A DNA stretch of 39,915 nt from assembly GCA_009691435.1 (NCBI GenBank), contig SICO01000001.1, forward strand, positions 1 to 39,915. Reading direction: 5' to 3'. The notes under the pieces are model-generated. The model searched no databases. It was given only the letters and a program-made list of their open reading frames with translations, and was not told where the DNA came from. Every line of letters begins with the position of its first letter. Position 1 is the stretch's first letter. This document shows, piece after piece, positions 9,519-17,362 of the stretch. The position numbers and the translations under genes are program-made. Origin of the DNA: Candidatus Saccharimonadota bacterium (lineage in GTDB: Bacteria; Patescibacteriota; Saccharimonadia; CAILAD01; BJGX01).

Positions 9519-10285
9519 ATTGCTAACCTCTTTTCTACTTCTCGGGCTAATTTCTTGTAAGCCTGCGCTCCTTTAGAAAACCTATCATACTCAAAGATTG
9601 GTTTGCCGTGGCTTGGAGCTTCAGCTAATCGTATATTGCGCGGTATAATAGTGTCAAATATTTTAGCTGGAAAATGTTTTTTGAGCTCCACTAGCACCTG
9701 CTCGCCAAGAGTTGTCCTGCGATTATGCATAGTTACAACGAGACCTAATAGTTCTAGGGTTTGATTCAAGCTAACCCTAACGCGCTTAATTGTTTCTAAT
9801 AATTCCGAAAGCCCCTCTAGGGCATAGTACTCACTCTGGACTGGAATTAAAATAGATTTACTAGCTACAAAGGCGTTGATTGTTAAAAGCCCAAGTGATG
9901 GCGGGCAATCTATGATAATTACTTCATACTCTAACTGTGCCAGAGAGTTTTTAAGAATTTTTTCTCTACCCTGGGTGGCAGAGATCTCAACTTCTGCAGC
10001 TGCTAGTTCTGGCTTAGATGGCAAGATATCCAAATTATCTACCTTGGTTTTTACAATCACATCCAGAGCTGAGGTCTTATCAACCATCACATTATAAATA
10101 CTCAATTTAAGTTTATGCTTATCAAGAGCTAGGCCGCTCGTAGAGTTGCCTTGGGGGTCCAAATCAACCAAAAGTACCTTATGCCCAAATTTTGCCAAAT
10201 AAGCAGCAAGGCTGATAGCTGTAGTGGTTTTTCCGACGCCGCCTTTTTGATTAGCAACTGACATAATTTTGCTGACATCTGACAT
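9515..10285 (-). CDS. parA: Chromosome partitioning ATPase ParA/Soj
   Basis: Deviant Walker A, NQKGGVGKTTT. Confidence 0.9.
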   Translation of the reverse strand: MSDVSKIMSVANQKGGVGKTTTAISLAAYLAKFGHKVLLVDLDPQGNSTSGLALDKHKLKLSIYNVMVDKTSALDVIVKTKVDNLDILPSKPELAAAEVEISATQGREKILKNSLAQLEYEVIIIDCPPSLGLLTINAFVASKSILIPVQSEYYALEGLSELLETIKRVRVSLNQTLELLGLVVTMHNRRTTLGEQVLVELKKHFPAKIFDTIIPRNIRLAEAPSHGKPIFEYDRFSKGAQAYKKLAREVEKRLAI

Positions 10286-10325
10286 ATTAACTAATTATAG
10301 CAAGCTTTCATGATTTAATAGAGGG

Positions 10326-10355
10326 TTTACAGGGTAGATACTTTCGTGCTATAAT
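10326..10355 (+). promoter_or_regulatory. Putative promoter TTTACA-18-(TGc)TATAAT for rplU
   Basis: Hexamers were read directly. The extended -10 TG is present, and a leader of roughly 35-40 nt carries a purine-rich AAAGGGAAA segment. Confidence 0.45.
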
Positions 10356-10397
10356 TTTTAATCGTCTAAAAACCAACCAAAGAAAGGGAAACTAGCA

Positions 10398-10709
10398 GTG
10401 ATAGCGGTAATAGAATCAGGTTCAAAGCAATATATGGTAGAAAAAGGTCATCAAATCAAGACCGAATTATTACATTCCGATCAAGAGGAAGTTGAATTTA
10501 GACCTCTAATTATTATCGATGGGGATAATATTCAAATTGGTAAACCAAAGCTTGAGGGAGCTACGGTAAAAGCCAAAATTATATCAGCAGATATCAAAGC
10601 CGATAAAGTTAAGATCCTAAAATATAAAGCAAAGAAGCGCCAGAAAACACTAACTGGCCACAGACAGCGCCACACGATACTAGAAATCACGGCCATAAAA
10701 ACAAAATAG
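10398..10709 (+). CDS. rplU: 50S ribosomal protein L21
   Basis: Begins (GTG)IAVIESGSKQYMVEKG, with TGHRQRHT near the C-terminus. Confidence 0.9.
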   Translation: MIAVIESGSKQYMVEKGHQIKTELLHSDQEEVEFRPLIIIDGDNIQIGKPKLEGATVKAKIISADIKADKVKILKYKAKKRQKTLTGHRQRHTILEITAIKTK

Positions 10710-10722
10710 TAAATTAATTTTT

Positions 10723-10768
10723 AAACACCTTTGAGAGTTTTTTAATCAAAATAAAAAGGTGTTTTTTT
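10723..10768. terminator. Hairpin terminator between convergent rplU and the lipase-like gene
   Basis: AAACACCTTT and AAAGGTGTTT form a 10-bp stem around a 22-nt loop. A T-run follows on the plus strand and an A-rich tract precedes it. Confidence 0.55.
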
Positions 10769-12191
10769 ATTTACAATTATTACTAACTGGCTTCGATGAC
10801 AAGATATTTTGCATCCAACTTATAGTGTCCTTAAAGCTAGCGTTCATTACCTGATAATGATCTACTCTGCCAGACTGGTTGTAGCCTTGAATGGCGTATG
10901 GGCTTGTATCGTACTTTTTAAAAGTTACCGCGTTGCCACTGGCACACATCCTTTCTAGGCCGTGCTGGCTCTGCGAAAGCAATATAACATCATCATGGAT
11001 ACCATGGTTAATAAGTTTCGGCCTGTCGGTTTTTTTACTTCCAACAATATTCTTTACCAAATCTGCAGAGAGCCCAGCGTAGGCAGCATCAGCCGCAATA
11101 TTTAAATTTTTGGCTACCCTGATAAATTCAGGAGTATAAACTTGATTTGATCGATTATCTCCTATGTTATTGGGCCAAGTTTTATTAAACATATCTAGGC
11201 AGATAGCCTGCGAACCTGTCTGGTAGGTTTTAGCCCATTTGGGCAGCAGAATCTTATCTACAGGATAGGTGGCCTTATACCAATCGCCATAACTAGTTAG
11301 AATTAAAGGACCAAACCAGTTAATATTAGCTCCGTTAGTGGCATCATCTAGCGTCTCCTCGACGCTAGTAACTGGCCCAAACCCGATTGCTGCTTTTAGG
11401 TTGATTTCAGGAGCATAGTCATCTTTAATTTGATCGGCCCAATATGCCCCGTGCCCGCCCTCGGAATACCCAGCGCTAAAAACTTTTGTATCATCAATTT
11501 GGTCTTTAGAGAGAGCAAGATTTTTAAGCGAACGGATACTGTCCAAAACTGCCTTGCCAGCTAGTTCCCCCACCATATAATGATGAAGTCTAGTGGCGTC
11601 GCGCATACCCTCGTAATCAATAGCTACCACGACGTAGCCTTGACTGGCATATGCCATCAGCAAGCTATCATAATTACCCCAATCGTTTTTTGCAGGGTCC
11701 TCAAGCGAAGCACTACAGCTATCGCCAACTCCGGTAGTACCTGGCGCGAACGCTAACACTGGTTTTTTATTAGCGCCTGCAGGGACATAAACCCTGGCAT
11801 AAATTGGCACATTATCACTTTGGCCATCTGAACTGTTAAAGACAAATGTCTGCTTAGTAACTTCGGTAGTAATAGGGCTATCAAAGTGCTTATTAGTTTG
11901 AACCACTAAGCGTTGCACGGCATCTGCAGAGAATACCCCGACAGGTTCTTCGCTAATTATTTTACCGGTTTTAATGACACGGTTGACGTGCTCTTTAATG
12001 CTCACAACGTTAGGAACCTGCTTAGGCTTTGATCTAGGTAAAACATAGTAAAAATACCCAGCCAACAATGCAACAAAAATAAGCTCAACAATTAGGATTA
12101 CCCATAAGGCACGCGCTACCAGTCTTCGGTTCTTCTCTAGTCTTGAAATTGGTTTGCGGGTTTTTCTCATGCAACTATCCAAATCTACCAA
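10767..12191 (-). CDS. Membrane-anchored extracytoplasmic alpha/beta hydrolase, secretory-lipase-like (LIP family-like)
   Basis: N-terminal TM segment. Nucleophile elbow GYSEGGHG, with candidate Asp (HGIHDDVIL) and His (RVDHYQ). Confidence 0.6.
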   Translation of the reverse strand: MVDLDSCMRKTRKPISRLEKNRRLVARALWVILIVELIFVALLAGYFYYVLPRSKPKQVPNVVSIKEHVNRVIKTGKIISEEPVGVFSADAVQRLVVQTNKHFDSPITTEVTKQTFVFNSSDGQSDNVPIYARVYVPAGANKKPVLAFAPGTTGVGDSCSASLEDPAKNDWGNYDSLLMAYASQGYVVVAIDYEGMRDATRLHHYMVGELAGKAVLDSIRSLKNLALSKDQIDDTKVFSAGYSEGGHGAYWADQIKDDYAPEINLKAAIGFGPVTSVEETLDDATNGANINWFGPLILTSYGDWYKATYPVDKILLPKWAKTYQTGSQAICLDMFNKTWPNNIGDNRSNQVYTPEFIRVAKNLNIAADAAYAGLSADLVKNIVGSKKTDRPKLINHGIHDDVILLSQSQHGLERMCASGNAVTFKKYDTSPYAIQGYNQSGRVDHYQVMNASFKDTISWMQNILSSKPVSNNCK

Positions 12192-12202
12192 TCGGCATTA
12201 AC

Positions 12203-13123
12203 TTAAGCGCTCTCTAGATACCTCTCTACCTCAAGTGCAGCCCTACATCCATCGCCTGCTGCTGTAACCGCCTGGCGATAAAGTGGGTCAGCAACATCAC
12301 CTGCCGCAAAAACTCCATCAATAGCAGTTTTAACATTATCCTGAACTACTAAGTACCCAGTTTTATCCATCTCTAGGGACCCCTTAAATAAACCAGTAGC
12401 CGGGGTGTGCCCAACTGCTACAAAGAACCCCTGGCAGGCTACTTTTTGAGTTTTACCGGTTTTAATATTTTTGAGCTTCACGCCCTCAACTTTATCTTTT
12501 CCTAAAACCTCTAGAATTTCCGAGTCCCATATCACTTCAATCTTATTATTCTTGAGTACTCTTTCTTGCATTATCTTGCTAGCCCTAAATTTATCTCGGC
12601 GGTGAATGAGCGTAACTTTACTAGCTAATTTGGCCAGCGTTAGTGACTCTTCCATGGCACTATCACCGCCGCCAACCACCACTACCTCTTGATCCTTGAA
12701 AAAGAATCCATCACAGGTGGCACAGGATGATACGCCTTGCCCCATTAATTTTTGTTCACTATCTAACCCTAACCAATTGGCGCTAGCGCCAGTAGCTATA
12801 ATGATAGTTTTGGTCAAATACTCCTGTTTGCCAATTAGTAACTTCTTGGGCTGACCACCTAGTTCTACTTTGGTCGCAAATTCTTGGATAATTTCTACCC
12901 CAAACCTTTTAGCCTGGGCTTTCATCTCATCCATTAGCTGGGGGCCCAGTATACCATCTTTAAACCCTGGAAAATTTTCAACATCACTGGTTAGTAACAA
13001 TTGCCCGCCAGGAGTAGTTCCGACTACCATTAGTACTTTAATGTTCGCTCTGGCAGCATAAATAGCTGCCGTGTAGCCAGCTGGGCCAGCCCCAATAATT
13101 ATTAAGTCGTATGTTTGCATCAA
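12203..13123 (-). CDS. trxB: Thioredoxin-disulfide reductase
   Basis: FAD motif IIGAGPAG, redox CATCDG, NADPH motif VVGGGDSAMEE. Confidence 0.9.
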   Translation of the reverse strand: MMQTYDLIIIGAGPAGYTAAIYAARANIKVLMVVGTTPGGQLLLTSDVENFPGFKDGILGPQLMDEMKAQAKRFGVEIIQEFATKVELGGQPKKLLIGKQEYLTKTIIIATGASANWLGLDSEQKLMGQGVSSCATCDGFFFKDQEVVVVGGGDSAMEESLTLAKLASKVTLIHRRDKFRASKIMQERVLKNNKIEVIWDSEILEVLGKDKVEGVKLKNIKTGKTQKVACQGFFVAVGHTPATGLFKGSLEMDKTGYLVVQDNVKTAIDGVFAAGDVADPLYRQAVTAAGDGCRAALEVERYLESA

Positions 13124-13127
13124 TTAA

Positions 13128-14354
13128 TTATAACAGATTAAATAAGTCTATTGTTTGTGTCGCTAGTAATGTCATGCTAAATAACAACCCTAAGATTGGC
13201 ACTACTAGTGGTACGCTAAAAATTGGACGTTGCAGCCGGCGGTGTTTTATCTTCCAATATATTAAAGATAAGTTAACTATCGCAAAAACAATTAAAATTA
13301 AATAGCTAGTAGTAGCTGCCAGAGCCGTAAGATTAAAAAATATTGCTAATAGCGAGGAGGCTATGACCATTACTATAATAGCTAGCGAAGGAGTTTGGCG
13401 ACGTTCGTGGACAATAGCTAAGCGTTTGTGTATCCAGCCAACTTCGGCCATGCCATATAGTAATCTCGAGCCACTAATTAGGTGAGCTAGCACCCCTCCG
13501 GCCGTGGCGGTTAAGGCGATTATAGTAATAATCCATGCCGGAGAATTAGTAATTTTATTAAAAACTAAACTAAGTGGTGCCGTAGATGCCTGCAGCTGTT
13601 CGGTGGGGATAGTGTTAGTAGCGACAATTGCTATTAATATATACAAAACCGTTGCAATCGTCATGGCTGAGACTATAGCCATTGGCATTGTAAAGCGAGG
13701 GTTTTTTGTTTCCTCCGATAAATGGACCATATCCTCAATACCAATATAGGCATAAAAAGCTAGGAATGCTCCGGAGAGTAGTCCAGTCATACCAACGGCC
13801 CGGATATCTATCATCGCGCTGGGGTTAGCAAATGCTACGCCCAAAGTCTCCTTGCCAAACCAAATGATGGCTATCAAGCCAGCAATTTCTATTAATGTAT
13901 GTACGGCCGCAAATACTAGAGATTCTTTCACCCCCCATGAGGCAATGAAACCAAGAACTAGTATTATTAATGTTGAGCCAATAGGCATTATTATCCCCGT
14001 TGAACTAAAAGCATAACCACCAAAGGCTCTGGCTAAGGTGGCGGCCGATACTATGGTAGCAACCATCATTAATAACCCAACTGCCATTGAGACTGACTTT
14101 CTTTTAAAGGCCCGATGCACATAAGCAGATACTCCCTCGCTATAAGGGTGGAGGCTAGATAATTCAGCGAAAGAGAGGGCGCTAAATGAAGCTATCAACA
14201 TAGATAGTAAAAAAGCCAAGGGGGTAGCCATGCCAGCCTCACCTGCTACCTTGCCAATCAGGGCGTATATCCCGGCACCGACAATATTGCCTAGGCCATA
14301 AATGGTTACTAAAAATATACCGAGTGTACGCCTGAGCTTGTGCCGGCGAGCCAT
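13128..14354 (-). CDS. APC-superfamily amino acid permease (about 12 TM)
   Basis: The hydrophobic pattern and N-terminal region (GLGNIVGAGIYALIG) are typical of amino acid/polyamine permeases. It starts 3 nt after the heliorhodopsin stop. Confidence 0.8.
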   Translation of the reverse strand: MARRHKLRRTLGIFLVTIYGLGNIVGAGIYALIGKVAGEAGMATPLAFLLSMLIASFSALSFAELSSLHPYSEGVSAYVHRAFKRKSVSMAVGLLMMVATIVSAATLARAFGGYAFSSTGIIMPIGSTLIILVLGFIASWGVKESLVFAAVHTLIEIAGLIAIIWFGKETLGVAFANPSAMIDIRAVGMTGLLSGAFLAFYAYIGIEDMVHLSEETKNPRFTMPMAIVSAMTIATVLYILIAIVATNTIPTEQLQASTAPLSLVFNKITNSPAWIITIIALTATAGGVLAHLISGSRLLYGMAEVGWIHKRLAIVHERRQTPSLAIIVMVIASSLLAIFFNLTALAATTSYLILIVFAIVNLSLIYWKIKHRRLQRPIFSVPLVVPILGLLFSMTLLATQTIDLFNLL

Positions 14355-14357
14355 TTT

Positions 14358-15149
14358 TTAAGGCCTAAGAGTCCCGGCGAAGACCTGCCACGCCAAGGCT
14401 GTCTTGGCTACCAGACTCAGAATAATATAGACTCGCTCGCCGTAGAGATAGTTTTTCCAGGGTCCCCACTTTTTGTACTGCAAGAACATATTGATAGCAA
14501 AACAATTGAAGAATAAAAAGATGGTAACAAATATCCAATAAACGAAGGCTGGTATTTTGGCGCTAGAGGTTGAGCTAGAGGCGCTGGCCCAAAAATAAAT
14601 TGCGATGCATATCCAGGGCACGATACCTGCGATGCAACCCACGATGTAACTAATCCATTTTGTTTTTTCGGTAGTTTGATTATGGATTTCCATTATTAGG
14701 CCACAGAGGTTCATGACCATTACGAGTGCGAATAAACAAATTAGGCTGACCAGGTCGTAAATACCCGTCAGTAATGCAATCGCTACAATCATGATGCTAG
14801 CCGAAAAGCTGTATTCTATCCAGCGAGCTCGGTTCATACCAAGCTTGAGGTCTTTTTTGTAGCGGTGGAAGTAGATAGTAGAAATTATCAGGTGAGCCAA
14901 CATACAAATTACCAAGAACGCCAGAATCGGCCAAACCAAGGGGAGCTGGTAGATAGACTTGGTGGCGGAGTCGAGGCTTTCGGTGCTAGTGTTAAATGTC
15001 AGGTAGCTGACATTAATCGGAAACTTAACCTTGGCGTTGGCAATCATAAACATCACCGCCACTTGAATTGCAAAGAACACGAACATAAATATATTAAATT
15101 TTCGTAAGCCTTCGACTGTTATTTTTTTCTTGGCCACTTGACTTCTCAC
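14358..15149 (-). CDS. Heliorhodopsin (7-TM retinal protein). The true start may be the second GTG at 15137.
   Basis: Family-wide similarity to heliorhodopsin 48C12 as I recall it: RWIEYSFSASIMIV, GCIAGIVPWI, PAFVY, LFFNCFA, and GERVYIILSLVAKTALAWQVFAGTL carrying the Schiff-base Lys. Confidence 0.9.
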   Translation of the reverse strand: MRSQVAKKKITVEGLRKFNIFMFVFFAIQVAVMFMIANAKVKFPINVSYLTFNTSTESLDSATKSIYQLPLVWPILAFLVICMLAHLIISTIYFHRYKKDLKLGMNRARWIEYSFSASIMIVAIALLTGIYDLVSLICLFALVMVMNLCGLIMEIHNQTTEKTKWISYIVGCIAGIVPWICIAIYFWASASSSTSSAKIPAFVYWIFVTIFLFFNCFAINMFLQYKKWGPWKNYLYGERVYIILSLVAKTALAWQVFAGTLRP

Positions 15150-15190
15150 CCTTCTGTAAAATTAATTAATTCTTAAAGCTTATGCTTATA

Positions 15191-15219
15191 ATTATAAATT
15201 AAAAATTAGGCCGAAGCAA
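15191..15219 (-). promoter_or_regulatory. Putative promoter TTGCTT-17-TATAAT (minus strand) directly upstream of the heliorhodopsin gene
   Basis: Hexamers were read on the reverse complement. The -35 overlaps the 3' end of the upstream ORF. Confidence 0.45.
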
Positions 15220-15688
15220 TTTTGATGTAGTTTATGTTGTCGCAAATATAGTAGGCCAGTATTTTAAAGCTATTAAGCTTGGGAAGCTTAAATTTTTTAG
15301 CAATTGCTACAAGGTCCTCAAAGCTCGTGCCGCTGGTGTCTACTAGCGTAAAAACTAGTACGGTCGGCACGCTATAGTGCCTAAGGTGCGTAAAGAGTTT
15401 GTTCGCAAAAAATATTTCGATTTGATTTAAGCGTTCGTCGTGAGGCAAGTTGGCAGGCAAAGATAGCCGGCACAGCTGGGGGTTATAAACACACTGCACC
15501 GAGGCTTGGTCGTCTGAGATTATAACGCTGTCAAAACCCAACAACTCTCCGCCCTTAGCGTAGATCATATCTGGGTTCTCGGCATACGACTGAAAAACCC
15601 AGCCATGATACTCTGGGCATACTTGCAGAAACTTCTCAATGAGCTCCCTCTCGCGATGTTTTTTTATTTTGTCATATGGTAAATTCAT
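15206..15688 (-). CDS. Hypothetical cytoplasmic protein (160 aa), no recognised family
   Basis: Intact ORF with no signal peptide or TM segment, lying 16 nt downstream of the nuclease gene. Confidence 0.5.
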   Translation of the reverse strand: MNLPYDKIKKHRERELIEKFLQVCPEYHGWVFQSYAENPDMIYAKGGELLGFDSVIISDDQASVQCVYNPQLCRLSLPANLPHDERLNQIEIFFANKLFTHLRHYSVPTVLVFTLVDTSGTSFEDLVAIAKKFKLPKLNSFKILAYYICDNINYIKIASA

Positions 15689-15704
15689 AATTTATACATT
15701 CTAA

Positions 15705-16235
15705 TTACTTTGTAGTCCCAGAGCAAGTTTTTGGTGACCATAAACCTACTTCGCCCTCCCGAGCTCTGAGCTCTGCTTGCTTAAAATCATTTTGATATTT
15801 ATAAGCTTGGGATCGATAGGTATATTCATGAGCATATCCCTCCTCAATAAGCGATAGATTAATAAGCTTGCCCTGCTCCCAAACATAGGCGAGCAAACGA
15901 TTATATTTATCACGCTCACCAACTACTGGATCAAACTCAAGGCTAATCCTTTTGCCGGTTAGGAGCTCTTTGGTTTTTTGTGAAGCCTCCTTGCCAAAAC
16001 ACTGCACGGGCTTGCGAGGATCAATAGTTTCGGGGGTATCAATGCCAATAAAACGAACCTTCTCAAGTTTACCGTAGCGAAATATCTGGAGTGTGTCTCC
16101 GTCGTCAACTTTCTTGACCTCATAGACTTCTTGGCCTGGGGCTTCAGAAGCACTAGTATCCGGCTTGTTCATACCCACGGCTAAACCTGCCAAAAGAAGT
16201 AATACCCCGACATATAGTATTTTTTTAGTTCGCAT
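15705..16235 (-). CDS. Secreted or membrane-anchored thermonuclease (staphylococcal nuclease, SNase family)
   Basis: An N-terminal hydrophobic segment is followed by VDDGDTLQI...VRFIGIDTPET and a later YA...EA...ARE..GLW SNase signature. Confidence 0.85.
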   Translation of the reverse strand: MRTKKILYVGVLLLLAGLAVGMNKPDTSASEAPGQEVYEVKKVDDGDTLQIFRYGKLEKVRFIGIDTPETIDPRKPVQCFGKEASQKTKELLTGKRISLEFDPVVGERDKYNRLLAYVWEQGKLINLSLIEEGYAHEYTYRSQAYKYQNDFKQAELRAREGEVGLWSPKTCSGTTK

Positions 16236-17362
16236 TATACTAGCTCCGAGTCCCTGAGCTCACGACCTCGTCTTCTAAAATAAACACTCTCCACTAAGCC
16301 GACAGCAAATAAACTCACCATTAAGCTGGTTCCACCGGCTGATATGAATGGTAGTGGTATGCCTGTAACCGGCATAATGCCGAGATTCATTCCGATATTG
16401 ACAAAAACATGCACCACAAACATTGTGGCGATGCCAATACAAAGTAAGCTACCAAAGCGGTCGCTGCTGAAGGTGGCATCGACTATCGTTCGCGCTATTA
16501 CTGCCACGAACAGCAGTATGCAAACCAGAGCACCCAAAAAGCCGAGTTTTTCTGCTAGTACCGCAAACACAAAGTCGGTGTGTGAACTTGGCAAAAAATT
16601 GCCTTGGCTCTGGCTACCCGATCCCAGGCCTTGTCCGTATAGACCACCCGAGCCGACTGCTATGATTGCCTGATTGACATTATAGCCAGCCCCGCTAGGG
16701 TCCGTACTCGGCTGTAGAAATGTATTAATACGCTCTTTCTGGTAGCTCTGAAGCGTTGGGTATAGAATCGGCATCATGACTAACAATAAAAGTAGCAGGC
16801 CAAGAATATATTTCTTTTTAACTTTTGTGGATAGTGTCATAGCCAACCAAATAAACCCTAGGGCAATAGCGGTACCTAAGTCTGGCTGGGCCAGAACTAA
16901 GAAGATTACAGGTAGTGTATAGACTAATGATTTTACTAAAAATCTTAATTGATCAGTGAAATCAAAGTTTTGAGAATAAAACTTGGCAAGCACTATTATC
17001 AGGATGAGCTTAGCAAGCTCCGATGGCTGGAATTGAAATGGGCCAAGTGCTATCCAGCGTGTCGCCCCCAATCTTGTTGCGCCAAACAGTTCAACAGCCA
17101 GGAGTGTAGCTATCATAAAAAAGTATAAAACACCGCTATAGTTCCTTAATACCCTATAGTCATTCCTGGCGGCGAGGACAAGTAGTAAAAAGCCAATTAA
17201 GGCATAGACAATTTGCCTGGTGCTATCTAGTTGGTTGGAAACCTGCTTGGCCTTAATACCTAGCGAGTACAGTACTATTAAGCCTAACACTACGAGCAGA
17301 GTGGAAGCGGCCAATAATAGATTATCAAAATTACCAATCTGCCAAACTGATTTAGGCTTCAT
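16235..17362 (-). CDS. SEDS-family peptidoglycan polymerase (FtsW/RodA/SpoVE)
   Basis: About 10 TM segments, with PSELAKL and the loop GLGSGSQSQGNFLPSSHTDFVFA. Confidence 0.85.
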   Translation of the reverse strand: MKPKSVWQIGNFDNLLLAASTLLVVLGLIVLYSLGIKAKQVSNQLDSTRQIVYALIGFLLLVLAARNDYRVLRNYSGVLYFFMIATLLAVELFGATRLGATRWIALGPFQFQPSELAKLILIIVLAKFYSQNFDFTDQLRFLVKSLVYTLPVIFLVLAQPDLGTAIALGFIWLAMTLSTKVKKKYILGLLLLLLVMMPILYPTLQSYQKERINTFLQPSTDPSGAGYNVNQAIIAVGSGGLYGQGLGSGSQSQGNFLPSSHTDFVFAVLAEKLGFLGALVCILLFVAVIARTIVDATFSSDRFGSLLCIGIATMFVVHVFVNIGMNLGIMPVTGIPLPFISAGGTSLMVSLFAVGLVESVYFRRRGRELRDSELV

